Assembly: GCA_039208735.1 (NCBI GenBank)
Contig: JBCCQY010000030.1
Location: forward strand, 1 to 64,000
From: Myxococcota bacterium
Lineage (GTDB): Bacteria; Myxococcota_A; UBA796; GCA-2862545
Direction: 5' to 3'
DNA length: 64,000 nucleotides
Part shown: piece after piece, positions 38,508-48,461 of the stretch
Position numbering within the stretch: position 1 is the first letter of the stretch
Layout: each line of letters begins with the position of its first letter
The notes under the pieces: generated by a model
Database searches by the model: none
What the model saw: only the letters and a program-made list of their open reading frames with translations
Told to the model about the DNA's origin: nothing
Translations under genes and position numbers: made by a program

Positions 38508-41066
38508 TCACGGTTTCTTCGAATCGCAGTCCGTGATGTAGCCCAGATCACAGAGGAGCTTGGCTTCCGCCTCCGCGGCGGCCGCTCCGGGGCCAATGCC
38601 CATTCGATCGGCTTCCGTAGGAGGAGGCACGAGTACCGTCCCCGGTTGCACCACGATGCTCGTGTCGCCCGTCGTCCACTGCGGGGCCCGCGCGTTCGAG
38701 GACCAAGGCACAGCCGCGCCATCGACGAGCAGGGTGGTGGCATTCGGTAGCGGGGCAGACTCGTCGAACAAGACGATGAGCACACCTTGGGGGTCCTCAC
38801 CGGGGGTGAACGTGAGACCTTGGCCATCGTCGGCCAAGACCACCTCCCCGACCGTCGCCGGCAACCGCGTGGGCACCTCACCCCATTCCACGTTGGCCCG
38901 ATGGTCGATCAACGTCTCCGGGTCGAGAACTTGGGCCACCCGAGCCACGCCGGGCCACGTCAGCGTGAACGCTGGAGCCTTGCGAAGTCGGACCCGAAAC
39001 CCTGGACCCACCGGGATCTGGTGCGCGTGGCTGAGGTGCGCCCGATAGGGCTCAAGGTCTCGACCGGCGGCCAGATTGGTGCGTTCGCCGGGGTCGCGGT
39101 CCAGGTTGAACAGTTCTTCGTCACCTGACCCGGTATAGAGCACGTACTTGTGGCCTTCCACGACCACGCCCCAGCGCTCCTTACGGTACTGAACGTGGGC
39201 GATGGGAAGTCCTCGGCCTGGGAGATCGTCTGGCGTCGCGCCCAACAACACGGGCACGAGCGAACGTCCGTGCACGGGGGGAATCTCCGTAATGCCCAGA
39301 AGGTCGTAGACCGTTGGCGCGAGATCGATAAGCGACGCGGGGACCGGAAAACGCGCGCCCTTCGGAAGACCACCCCGGGGTCGAAACGCCAACAACGCGC
39401 GGGTCACTTCATCGTAGAGCGTATGGTTGTGCTCGAATCCGTCGTGGTCCCAGAACTCTTCGCCATGATCGGTGTGAATGACGACCAAGGTCCGGCCTGG
39501 CATCGCATCCAGCCGCTCGAACAATCGGCCCAAATGCACCGAGGTGAAGGCGAGTTCGCCTTCGTGCAAGGCTTCCAGGTGGGCCTTTCGCTGGGCGGTG
39601 AGACTGCCATCCCGCATCCAGCCGATGATTTGACCGCGGGTCGCACGGTCCGGAAGGGCGGGGTCTGGGTCGGTGACGAAGCGGTTCTTGAACGGTTCCG
39701 GCGCGTCGTAGCGCAGGTGTGGGTCCATCAGGTGCAAGAAGAGGAACGCGTCGCGATCGACATGGTCCTCCAACCAGCCGAGCGCGCGGTCGACTTGCGT
39801 GTCGGCCAACGCCGTCCCCTCGAACCGCCAGCTGTCGTACCCATCCGAAAACCCAAACCGCGGCTGCAGATGGACATTGGCGACAAACGCACCCGTGGCA
39901 AACCCATGGTTCGACAGCGTGGCTCCGAGGCTCGGAGCCCCGACCGCTTCGAGGGGTCGCAGGCCCGTGGTTGCCGATCGGAAGGCTGGGCGCGTCCGGG
40001 GCGCCACCGACCAGGTTCGGTCAAACACCGCCGCGGTTCCGAGCACCGCATCCAACTCGGGCGTGGTGGGACGGTCGTAGCCAAAGAACGACAGGTGGTC
40101 CGGGCGCGTCGTGTCGATGCCCACGACCACCACCCGTCGGACATCCCCGTCAGGCGGCCCCCAAACCGTGGGAGCACCAAAGAACACCCAGTCGAATCGG
40201 GAGGTCGGCCCGGGATCCGTGGCGAGTCGCAGCGTGACGGACTGTCCGGCGAATGGCGTGAGATCTGCTTCGAAGCGCTGAAATGATGGCCCAGGCTTGA
40301 CTTCGATCCGCCCCAGTTCGATTTCAGCCCCCGCGTCCACCACGGCCAACACCGCAACCGCCCCATCGGACCGCACTCCGGGCACCGGCGGGGGAGCCAT
40401 GGCAACGTGGGTCCGAAACGTCACCGGGCCTTTGGGCAAGGTCAACGACCACTCCGCCACCCCAGGCGCAGGCAGGCGCAGGCCCGATCGGGTGTGAGTG
40501 CCCAAGGTGAGGTCACCCCGGGCGTGGGCCATTAGGTCGCCCGATGCGGCCTTGGGATCCCATTGGCGAAGCGTCTTGACGACGCCGGGGTAGGCCAATC
40601 GGACTTCGGAAGGCGCGGACGGCAAAGCCAGAAGTAGATTCTTGCCCCCGATCCGCCAGGTCGCCCGGCGCGCGGCTGCGGCAGGCACCCGGCTGAAGGG
40701 CACGACCACGCCATCGACCTTCACCGACATCCCTGCGGGCCGAAACACCCGATCGTTGCGCTTCAGGGAAAACGGCAAATGAGCTCTGTAAACCTCCAAA
40801 TTGCGCCGCACGTTTCGTGGGTTCGGCAACGGCTCGAACGTCAGAACAAACGAATCGTTGGCCGCGTCCAAACGGGCCGGGAGGTTGAGCGGAGGCCAGC
40901 TCATCGTGCCATCGAGCCGATGCAGCAGGCTTGGGGTGGAATGTCCCGCTCGCAAATCAGGAAATCCACTCGGCGTGCCTTCCGTGAGTCGAAACGGAAC
41001 GTGAGCCGTGGGCGCCTCGGGAGGCACCACGGGGTCCTGACAGGTGCAGGACCACGCCAACAGCAA
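38508..41066 (-). CDS. Sulfatase-like (alkaline phosphatase superfamily) exported protein
   Basis: GIDTTRPDHL, HLMDPH, HTDHGEEF, FEHNH; Thr rather than Cys/Ser at the nucleophile position (APRTRPAF). Start may be CTG 41075. Confidence 0.85.
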   Translation of the reverse strand: MLLAWSCTCQDPVVPPEAPTAHVPFRLTEGTPSGFPDLRAGHSTPSLLHRLDGTMSWPPLNLPARLDAANDSFVLTFEPLPNPRNVRRNLEVYRAHLPFSLKRNDRVFRPAGMSVKVDGVVVPFSRVPAAAARRATWRIGGKNLLLALPSAPSEVRLAYPGVVKTLRQWDPKAASGDLMAHARGDLTLGTHTRSGLRLPAPGVAEWSLTLPKGPVTFRTHVAMAPPPVPGVRSDGAVAVLAVVDAGAEIELGRIEVKPGPSFQRFEADLTPFAGQSVTLRLATDPGPTSRFDWVFFGAPTVWGPPDGDVRRVVVVGIDTTRPDHLSFFGYDRPTTPELDAVLGTAAVFDRTWSVAPRTRPAFRSATTGLRPLEAVGAPSLGATLSNHGFATGAFVANVHLQPRFGFSDGYDSWRFEGTALADTQVDRALGWLEDHVDRDAFLFLHLMDPHLRYDAPEPFKNRFVTDPDPALPDRATRGQIIGWMRDGSLTAQRKAHLEALHEGELAFTSVHLGRLFERLDAMPGRTLVVIHTDHGEEFWDHDGFEHNHTLYDEVTRALLAFRPRGGLPKGARFPVPASLIDLAPTVYDLLGITEIPPVHGRSLVPVLLGATPDDLPGRGLPIAHVQYRKERWGVVVEGHKYVLYTGSGDEELFNLDRDPGERTNLAAGRDLEPYRAHLSHAHQIPVGPGFRVRLRKAPAFTLTWPGVARVAQVLDPETLIDHRANVEWGEVPTRLPATVGEVVLADDGQGLTFTPGEDPQGVLIVLFDESAPLPNATTLLVDGAAVPWSSNARAPQWTTGDTSIVVQPGTVLVPPPTEADRMGIGPGAAAAEAEAKLLCDLGYITDCDSKKP

Positions 41067-41120
41067 CGAGAGCAGGACGACCTCCGAAATGCCCGCCAGA
41101 CAAATCCGGCGTCTCGGAGA

Positions 41121-42152
41121 CTACATCGCCTGGTCAAGCTCTCGCTGGATGAGCTCCACGAAGACGTCCTCGGGAGGCACGCCGAAGACGGGGATCCCGT
41201 TGACGAAGAACGCGGGGGTCCCGTTCACCCCGGCCCGCACCGCCGCCGTCTCATCGTTGCGCACCGTGTTGACGTGCCGATCACTCGAGAGGCAGGATCC
41301 GAAGTCTTCATCGGAGAGGCCAAGCTCGGCCGCAAGGCCCTTGAAGTCATCGTCTGTCCAGGCCTTCTGGTCCGCGAACAACTTGTCGTGGTACTCCCAG
41401 AATTTACCCTGCTCGTTCGCACATTCCGCGGCTTGGGCGGCCCTCGCGGCCTGAGGGTGCCGCGGGAGGGGGAGGTGACGGAACACGACCGAAAGCTTAT
41501 CGCCAAACTTAGCTTTTAAGCTATCGACGATCGGAGCGGCCTGCTGGCAGGCCGGGCACTGGAAATCCGAGAACTCGATGACCTGAACTTTCGCCGACTC
41601 CTTGCCCCATCGAGGGCTCGTTCCAGCCTCAACGGGCATGCGGAACATCGTCGTCTGCCGCACCACCTTGCTCTCTTCCTCGAGCTGAGCCACGTACTGG
41701 CGAAACAACGGGCCACGTTGCTGATCTTTTAGGAACTCGGCAAGCTGTGGTTTGACCGCCTCGAGCGTGTCTTCCATCTGAGCTGCGTTCTCGGAGTACA
41801 GCGCCTCGATCTCCGCATCCGTGGGTTCGTCGACCTTGTCGTCGACCTCGCGCTTGATGATGTCTTCAATCGCAAGTCCCTGTTCATCGGACTTAGCCTC
41901 GAGCAGTCGCTCCACGATCATGGAATCAATGGCGTTTTGCAGACGGTTCGCGGCTTCGACCTGCGCCTCGACGATTTGTGGGCCGGCGTATTCCAGTAGT
42001 TCTTCGCAGGTGATCGGCCGCCCATCGATCTCCGCGACCACCGCAGGCATCCCCGGCATGCAGCTCGACGCCGCCTCGGCCGCGGACTCCGTCGTTGAGG
42101 GGTTCTTCGGGGTCACGCAGGCCAGCACGGCCCATCCCACAAGTCCGATCAC
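41121..42152 (-). CDS. DsbA family thiol-disulfide oxidoreductase lipoprotein with SurA-like N-domain
   Basis: AGGAGGAG plus GTG, lipobox VLAC, EFSDFQCPAC, GVNGTPAFFVNG. Confidence 0.9.
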   Translation of the reverse strand: MIGLVGWAVLACVTPKNPSTTESAAEAASSCMPGMPAVVAEIDGRPITCEELLEYAGPQIVEAQVEAANRLQNAIDSMIVERLLEAKSDEQGLAIEDIIKREVDDKVDEPTDAEIEALYSENAAQMEDTLEAVKPQLAEFLKDQQRGPLFRQYVAQLEEESKVVRQTTMFRMPVEAGTSPRWGKESAKVQVIEFSDFQCPACQQAAPIVDSLKAKFGDKLSVVFRHLPLPRHPQAARAAQAAECANEQGKFWEYHDKLFADQKAWTDDDFKGLAAELGLSDEDFGSCLSSDRHVNTVRNDETAAVRAGVNGTPAFFVNGIPVFGVPPEDVFVELIQRELDQAM

Positions 42153-43354
42153 GGTGTCTCCTCCTGCACCGGCGGCGGGGCCGGTGGCCATCGTCCTGCT
42201 TCGTCACGCGTGTACCGCACGACCAGTTGCAGGCTGCGTCCATAGCTCTGCACGCCGCCGGCCACCCCATTCGCTCGCAGATAGGCGTCATTGACCGCCC
42301 GAGAGACGTTGCCCACCGGACCTTCGAAGCCCGTCCAAAACGCGTAGGCATCGTTGACATCCCGCTGCACACCGGGCAGACGCCGTCGGATCTCTCGGCC
42401 GAAGGCGATAGGGTCAGTGTTCTCGAGGGCCCTGAGCACCTGCCGTTGCGCGAACAAGTAGCCTCCGTATTGGACGAAGGGGTCGTCGCTATAGATGCAA
42501 GCGAGGAAGCCATAGAAATTGGCCTCGTTCTCGCTAGCCACGAAGCGTTGATGGGCCTTCTCGTGGGCCATCGTAAACACCTGCTGCCATTCGGGTGGCC
42601 CCGTGTTCACGTTCGCCTCGGCGGTAAAAGGGAAATAGAACCCTGCGATCCGAAGCCAGCTCGTCACGGGCCAAAACAGCTGGCGCTTGGCCAGACCTCG
42701 CGAACGTCCGAGGTCGGGATGCAGTTCATGGGCGACTTGTAGGGCGCTAAATCCGCGATCGACCGCCGCATCGATCTCCGGCCAAGGCCGGGGGGCTGCC
42801 GTAGGCACGAAGTTGTCCGGAGCGAGGTGAAGCAAGAGGTACCGCTCGTTCACCTCGTCAACGAGGCTTCGCGCAAGCCGAGCCAGCTCCTCGGCCTCGA
42901 TCGATGCATGGGGGCGCTTATCCCAACCCCAACGCGCCTCCACGGGAGGCCTGGCGTACGAAAGTCCCCATACCAACAGGAACACGTCCGCCACCGTCAA
43001 CGCGACTCCGATCCCGAGGAGGGCGGTACGAAGCACTTGGCGCACCGAAGGCCAGCCTCGACGCCAAAGGCCACGGATGAGCACTCCCAACCCGACGAGG
43101 ACGCCGATGATGAGTCCGACCACGACGAATTCGGCCACCGAAAATGGCAACCCACGCGTGATCAGGTTGGGTAGACCCGCAAGCCAGGGCCCCACGCCAT
43201 GGACGAACCACGCCTCGACCCTCGCCTCGTCCTGGGCAAAGGCACTCAGGGCCGCGAATCCCCCTGCCGCCAGGGCGACGAAGATGGCGATGCGACGGTC
43301 GGGCCGTGGTGGTGGAGGGTCGAGGGTGACGATGCGGACTGGCGTAATGTCCAC
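42149..43354 (-). CDS. DUF3810-type membrane protein with HExxH motif
   Basis: LPFSVAE, WGLSYAR, GFYFPFTAEANVN, AHEKAHQ, ENEANF. Confidence 0.82.
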   Translation of the reverse strand: MDITPVRIVTLDPPPPRPDRRIAIFVALAAGGFAALSAFAQDEARVEAWFVHGVGPWLAGLPNLITRGLPFSVAEFVVVGLIIGVLVGLGVLIRGLWRRGWPSVRQVLRTALLGIGVALTVADVFLLVWGLSYARPPVEARWGWDKRPHASIEAEELARLARSLVDEVNERYLLLHLAPDNFVPTAAPRPWPEIDAAVDRGFSALQVAHELHPDLGRSRGLAKRQLFWPVTSWLRIAGFYFPFTAEANVNTGPPEWQQVFTMAHEKAHQRFVASENEANFYGFLACIYSDDPFVQYGGYLFAQRQVLRALENTDPIAFGREIRRRLPGVQRDVNDAYAFWTGFEGPVGNVSRAVNDAYLRANGVAGGVQSYGRSLQLVVRYTRDEAGRWPPAPPPVQEETP

Positions 43355-43364
43355 GACGACGACG

Positions 43365-44555
43365 TCAACCCGGGGATGAGGCAGGAAGCGTCACGACGAA
43401 TCGGGTTCCCACCCCCAGCTCGCTCTGGACGTCGATCGCACCCCCCATCTGATGGACGTACTGCGCGGCGATGGCCAATCCGAGCCCGGTCCCCCCGTAG
43501 CGATCCGCGTCCCCGTGTACTTGTTCGAACGGTTCGAACACGCGAGCCAGCGTTTCCTTGGACATGCCAATCCCCGAGTCCGCCACCGCGATGGCGATGT
43601 CTCGACCAATCCGGCCTACCTCGAGCCGAACTTCCCCACGCTCGGTGAACTTCGCAGCGTTGCCGATGAGGTTCGTGAGGACCTGGCGCAACCGTCGGCC
43701 GTCGGCATAAACCCAGATCTCATCAGGGCAATGGACCACCCAGCGATTTCCGTGTTCGGCCATCAAAGGTCGCGCAAGGTCATCGATCTCGTGGATTAAG
43801 GGCGGCAGATTCACCGGCTGCTGACCGACTTCGCTGTGGCCCCGCTCGGCCTTGGCCAGATCGAGCACGTCGTTGACGATCGACAGCACGTGGGTGGCCG
43901 AGGTGTGGACTCGCGACAGATCGGAGAGCACCTCGTCGGTCGACATCGAGGCGTGCTCCTCCCGAAGCAGTTCGACGTAGCCAAGGATCGCATTGAGCGG
44001 CGTTCGCAATTCGTGGCTCATTTGTGCGTAGAACGTCGTCCGGGCGTCGACCGTGGCCCGAATCTGACGGTATTCCTCTTCAAACCGTCGACGGTCGCGA
44101 AGCCGTTGGGCCGACCAGAGCATCGCCTCACGAACCGCACCGAGGCGCCCCACCGCACCGGAAGGAAACCCGTCGGACTGAACGAGCTCGAATCCCCCGA
44201 GTCGCGAGGACTCCCCCACGGCAAGCCACAACCGATGTCCCGCGGAGGCAGTTTCGCCGGTCTGCCAAAGGACCGAGCCGCCGTGACCCGACAACACGGG
44301 CGCCCAGGTGTGGACCGCTCGGGGCTCGGCATCTCGTGGGGACCACCGCCAGGCCGGGGGACCCGTCCAATCGGCGAACCGCCAGCCGAACGTCGCGGTG
44401 GCCCGAGGCGCTACCGATCGGACCGCTTGCAAGCCCGCCCGGCCGAGTTCCTCAAGCGTCGAGGCGACGAACAACGGTCGGACCACCCCAAACGCGAGAT
44501 CGGTGCGGCTCGCCTTTGACGAAGGGTCCAGTACCGGCGCCCCAGAATCGGCCAT
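43365..44555 (-). CDS. Cytoplasmic sensor histidine kinase
   Basis: MSHELRTPLNAI, QVLTNLIGNAAKFT, DSGIGM, GGTGLGL; no TM, degenerate GAF-like N-terminus. Confidence 0.92.
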   Translation of the reverse strand: MADSGAPVLDPSSKASRTDLAFGVVRPLFVASTLEELGRAGLQAVRSVAPRATATFGWRFADWTGPPAWRWSPRDAEPRAVHTWAPVLSGHGGSVLWQTGETASAGHRLWLAVGESSRLGGFELVQSDGFPSGAVGRLGAVREAMLWSAQRLRDRRRFEEEYRQIRATVDARTTFYAQMSHELRTPLNAILGYVELLREEHASMSTDEVLSDLSRVHTSATHVLSIVNDVLDLAKAERGHSEVGQQPVNLPPLIHEIDDLARPLMAEHGNRWVVHCPDEIWVYADGRRLRQVLTNLIGNAAKFTERGEVRLEVGRIGRDIAIAVADSGIGMSKETLARVFEPFEQVHGDADRYGGTGLGLAIAAQYVHQMGGAIDVQSELGVGTRFVVTLPASSPG

Positions 44556-44603
44556 GTTCGAAGCGTAGCCACGTTCTGGGAATCGCGGGTCGATCGCAGG
44601 TCG

Positions 44604-45419
44604 TCATGCGTCCTGGAAAAACAACGTCACCGACCCTACTTGGAGCGTTTGCCCGTCCGTCAGCACGTGTTCGGTAATGCGTTGACCGTCGACCCATGTA
44701 CCCGCGACGCTACCGAGATCGCGCAAAACGAAGCCCGATCCGTCCGACTGGACCTCACAGTGATTGCGGGACACCCGACCATCGAATTCGATTTGGATGG
44801 TGTTGTCGTCGGCACGACCGATGCGCACCGGATCGTCGAGTCCACACACTTGATCGCCTGTGTCTGGGTCGAAGAAGATGATCGTCGCACCGGTGGCCCC
44901 GCCTTTGCGATGAAAGGTCACCCGCACGGCCGGCCCTGCGCTTTCATCGTCGGCGTCGTCGGGCACGAACGTGGGTTCTTCGGGCAAAATCCAAGGACGG
45001 TTGGCCGCGATATTCAACGTCCGGGCGATGTCGTCAATGACCTTCGCCTCGCTCGCCTCGATGGCCCCAAATCCAAAGAAGCCACCTGCCGCCAGGGCCA
45101 CCTCGCGAGACAAGGTCACCACATCGTGGCATGGCGCACCAGCCAGGTTGTAGCGGCAGAGCGCGGCCAGGACCTGGCGCCCCCGATCCACGAACTCGGT
45201 GTCAGGGGGGCTCGCAAGCCAGCCATCGAGCATGGTGAGTCCGGCGGCATCCAGCCCGTAGCGGGTCTTCGCCGCCTCAAGAATGACCGCCCGTTCGCCG
45301 TCTTGGATGGCTCCGTCTGCCCAAGCCACTTCGACGAGAGGCAACAAGGCGATCACCCGTGCCGATGCCCGTTGGATCCCCATGTGCGCCAGCTCTTGCT
45401 CGAGTTCTGTCTCGGTCAT
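44604..45419 (-). CDS. TerB-like domain plus FHA domain protein
   Basis: LLPLVEVAWADG...ERAVI, ALAAGGFFG (TerB-like); IGRADDN, VSRNHC, DLGSVAGTWVDG (FHA). ATG 45419. Confidence 0.8.
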   Translation of the reverse strand: MTETELEQELAHMGIQRASARVIALLPLVEVAWADGAIQDGERAVILEAAKTRYGLDAAGLTMLDGWLASPPDTEFVDRGRQVLAALCRYNLAGAPCHDVVTLSREVALAAGGFFGFGAIEASEAKVIDDIARTLNIAANRPWILPEEPTFVPDDADDESAGPAVRVTFHRKGGATGATIIFFDPDTGDQVCGLDDPVRIGRADDNTIQIEFDGRVSRNHCEVQSDGSGFVLRDLGSVAGTWVDGQRITEHVLTDGQTLQVGSVTLFFQDA

Positions 45420-45479
45420 CGCGGCTCCAGACCCCACCCAGGACGATGGCACCACATTACCCGGATGCGAGGAGGTTTC

Positions 45480-46019
45480 ATGGTTCGCTCTTTTGGAGTC
45501 GCTGCCTTTGGACTGCTCATCACGGGGGGGCTGATGACCGCTTGCGCCCCTCGCCCCGGAGCTCCCGCCACTCCCGATCCAGGAACCCCTACGGCTACAG
45601 GTCCTACCGCCCCCACGCCGGCCCCCCAAGGCCCGGCGGAGGCCTCCGTGACCGAGGTCGCCGTTACCGGTGAGGCAGGGGCCTACACGTTTGCCGTGAC
45701 CATCGCGAGTGATGAGACCGGCTGCGAGCAGTACGCAGACTGGTGGGAAGTGGTCACTGCCGAGGACGAAGGGCTGGTTTACCGGCGCATCCTCACGCAC
45801 TCGCACCCCAACGAGCAGCCCTTCACGCGCTCCGGCGGGCCGGTCGACGTCGCGGCCGACACCGAGCTGTTGGTGCGCGCCCACCTCAACCCCTCGGGCT
45901 ACCAAGGCTCGGCGCTTCGCGGCACCGTGGCGGATGGCTTTGCCACCGAGGTCGCAGCTGACGCTCTCGGAACCAGCCTCGAGACGTCGCCTCCGCAGCC
46001 TGACGGATGTTTGTTCTGA
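45480..46019 (+). CDS. Lipoprotein, hypothetical
   Basis: GAGGAGG plus ATG, lipobox MTAC, Pro-rich linker, ETGCEQYADWWEV...RILTHSHPNEQPFTRS. Confidence 0.8.
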   Translation: MVRSFGVAAFGLLITGGLMTACAPRPGAPATPDPGTPTATGPTAPTPAPQGPAEASVTEVAVTGEAGAYTFAVTIASDETGCEQYADWWEVVTAEDEGLVYRRILTHSHPNEQPFTRSGGPVDVAADTELLVRAHLNPSGYQGSALRGTVADGFATEVAADALGTSLETSPPQPDGCLF

Positions 46020-46068
46020 CCGCTGTGAACGTTACGGAGCCCGCTGCGGAGGGCGTGTGGGCCGACCG

Positions 46069-46608
46069 ATGGAAGAGGTGGAGTTCGGTCGAGAGACCGA
46101 GGTGGTGCTGATCCCCGACGGGTATCGGCAACTCATGCCCGAGGGCACGCGCGGCTGGATCACACAAGTGCTTGGCGGGAACTACACGATCCAGCTCGAC
46201 ACGGGACGGCTGGTTCGCGTGTCGTCCGACGATGCCGACGCGATCGGAAAGAGCGATGAAGTCACGGCGCGCCCCGTACACGACCCGAACGCTCCCCTCG
46301 ACGATGAGATGGTCTGGGATGCGCTCCGGCAGTGCTACGACCCCGAGATTCCGCTCAACATCGTCGAGTTGGGCCTCATCTATGACCTCGATTTGGAAAA
46401 GACCGAGGAAGGCCACGATGTGCGCATCGCCATGACGTTGACGGCGCCAGGGTGCGGAATGGGCCAGATCCTCGCTGACGATGTCGAGGCCCGCGTGAAG
46501 GCCTTGCCGGGCGTGCAAACGGTTCGCGTAGAGCTGACCTTCGACCCGCCGTGGAGTCCTGAGCGCATGAGCGAGGAAGGGCGTCTCGAGCTCGGCATGT
46601 TCTACTGA
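46069..46608 (+). CDS. sufT: Putative Fe-S cluster assembly protein SufT (DUF59)
   Basis: ITQVLGGNYT N-extension, YDPEIPLNIVELGLIY, MTLTAPGCGMG, FDPPW. Confidence 0.88.
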   Translation: MEEVEFGRETEVVLIPDGYRQLMPEGTRGWITQVLGGNYTIQLDTGRLVRVSSDDADAIGKSDEVTARPVHDPNAPLDDEMVWDALRQCYDPEIPLNIVELGLIYDLDLEKTEEGHDVRIAMTLTAPGCGMGQILADDVEARVKALPGVQTVRVELTFDPPWSPERMSEEGRLELGMFY

Positions 46609-46632
46609 GGGCTCCCTTCGGAGTTCCTCACG

Positions 46633-47793
46633 ATGACAACGCTTCCGCCGTTGCTCGACGGCTACCTCGATGATTCGCACCGCGCGTTTGCCGAGTCCTG
46701 CCGACGCTTCGCAACCGAGCAGATCGAACCCCACGCAGAAGCCTGGGAAGAAGCTGGAGAGTTTCCCCGTGAACTCTACCGCCAGGCCGCCGAGGCCGGC
46801 GTGCTTGCCCCCACCTACGACGAGGCGTTGGGAGGCGGAGGGGGCGACGTATTCCATGGTGTTGTGGCGGGGACGGAACTGCTTCGGGGAGGAAGCACCG
46901 GGGTTGCCGTAGGGCTCGGCTCGCTGCAAATCGCCATCCCGCCTGTGCTCATGCTCGGCAATGACGACCAACTCGATCGCTTCGTCCGACCTGTTCTCGC
47001 GGGAGAACGCATCGCGGCCCTGGCCATCACCGAACCCGACACCGGATCGGACGTCGCCTCCATTCGCACACGGGCCCGCCGAGATGGCGACGACTACATC
47101 ATCTCGGGTGCCAAGACCTACATCACAAGCGGGGTTCGCGCCGACGTCGTGGTGCTGCTGGCGCGGACCGGGGACGACCCGCACGGCGGGCTCACCTTCT
47201 TCGTCGTCGAAAAGGGCATGCCCGGATTCACGGTGTCTCGTGCCCTACGCAAGACGGGCTGGTGGGCCAGCGACACCGCCGAACTTGCCTTCGACGAGGT
47301 TCGGGTGCCCCTGGCGAATCGCCTTGGCGCCGAAGGGACGGGCTTTCCAACGTTGATGAAGGACTTCGAGTCCGAGCGGCTCATGCTTGCGGTCAACGGT
47401 ACCGCGCTCGCCACATTGTCCCTCGAACACGCGCTCGCCTACGCCAAGCAGCGCGAAGCGTTTGGCCGTCCCATCGCCAAGTTCCAGGTCATCCGCCACA
47501 AGCTCGCCGACATGCGCACCCAGGTCGCGAGCGCCCAAGCCCTGACCTTCGCCGTCGCCGATCAAATGCGGAAGGGCCTGCCCTGCATCGATCAGGTCGC
47601 CATGGCCAAGAACCACGCAAGCACGGTCGCACGGGAAGTTTGCTGGCAGGCCGTACAGATCTTCGGAGGCATGGGCTACATGCGCGAGACCGTCGTGGAG
47701 CGGTTCGCCCGCGATGCCCGGCTGCTGCCCATTGGGGGCGGCACGCAAGAAGTGATGAACGAGATCATCTGGCGCTTTGCGCTCGAGGGATAA
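46633..47793 (+). CDS. Acyl-CoA dehydrogenase
   Basis: ALAITEPDTGSD, GAKTYIT, REAFGRPI, QIFGGMGY, IGGGTQE. Confidence 0.95.
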   Translation: MTTLPPLLDGYLDDSHRAFAESCRRFATEQIEPHAEAWEEAGEFPRELYRQAAEAGVLAPTYDEALGGGGGDVFHGVVAGTELLRGGSTGVAVGLGSLQIAIPPVLMLGNDDQLDRFVRPVLAGERIAALAITEPDTGSDVASIRTRARRDGDDYIISGAKTYITSGVRADVVVLLARTGDDPHGGLTFFVVEKGMPGFTVSRALRKTGWWASDTAELAFDEVRVPLANRLGAEGTGFPTLMKDFESERLMLAVNGTALATLSLEHALAYAKQREAFGRPIAKFQVIRHKLADMRTQVASAQALTFAVADQMRKGLPCIDQVAMAKNHASTVAREVCWQAVQIFGGMGYMRETVVERFARDARLLPIGGGTQEVMNEIIWRFALEG

Positions 47794-47795
47794 CG

Positions 47796-48461
47796 ATGCG
47801 GAGCAGCGCCATCACCCATCCTGGACCAACCGGTTCGGTACCTGCCTACTGGATCGGACGGTTGTGGATGAACGTCTTTGGTTGGGACGTTGAGGAGCCC
47901 GGCCCCCAGGTGCCAAAGGGCATCATCATCGCCACCCCCCACACCTCGAACTGGGACCTGCCCCACATGCTTGCGGCCGCCTTTGTGTACCGCATCGAGG
48001 TCAAGTGGCTGGGCAAGCACACGCTGTTCCAGGGACCCTTCGGCTGGTTCTTCACCTGGCTCGGGGGCGTGCCCGTCGACCGCACGGCGCCCAAGGGGCT
48101 GGTGGGCCAGGTCGCCGACCGACTCACCGAAGCCTCAAAGCTCCTCATCGCGGTTCCGCCCAGTGGAACTCGGGAAAAACGAGATGCTTGGAAGTCAGGA
48201 TTCTACTGGATCGCTCATACTGCCCAGGTTCCCGTGATTTGCGGCTACCTCGACTACACTCGGCGCCGGGCCAATTTGGGCTACACGTTCGTCCCCACCG
48301 GTGACGTGAAGGCCGACATGGACAAGGTCCGGGCGTTCTACGAAGGGGTTGAGGGCAAGTTTCCCGAGCTTCACACCGAGATTCGCCTCAAGGAAGAGGA
48401 CGATCCAAGCCGACTACCAGACGCGGCGAAGCGCGCCGAGGCCGAGCCGCAGTCCGAATAG
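47796..48461 (+). CDS. Lysophospholipid acyltransferase (PlsC family)
   Basis: PHTSNWD (HxxxxD), GGVPVDR, PSGTR, WKSGFY. Confidence 0.9.
   Translation: MRSSAITHPGPTGSVPAYWIGRLWMNVFGWDVEEPGPQVPKGIIIATPHTSNWDLPHMLAAAFVYRIEVKWLGKHTLFQGPFGWFFTWLGGVPVDRTAPKGLVGQVADRLTEASKLLIAVPPSGTREKRDAWKSGFYWIAHTAQVPVICGYLDYTRRRANLGYTFVPTGDVKADMDKVRAFYEGVEGKFPELHTEIRLKEEDDPSRLPDAAKRAEAEPQSE

Noticed and set aside
39940..40020. Thr instead of Cys/Ser in the sulfatase signature as a novelty
   Set aside because: Thr-nucleophile members are common in the alkaline phosphatase superfamily; noted in the feature call only.
41067..41126. DsbA and sulfatase-like genes are in frame, separated by one TAG (possible readthrough fusion)
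   Set aside because: One-in-three chance; the downstream gene has its own GGAGG and signal peptide, and no recoding signal is visible.
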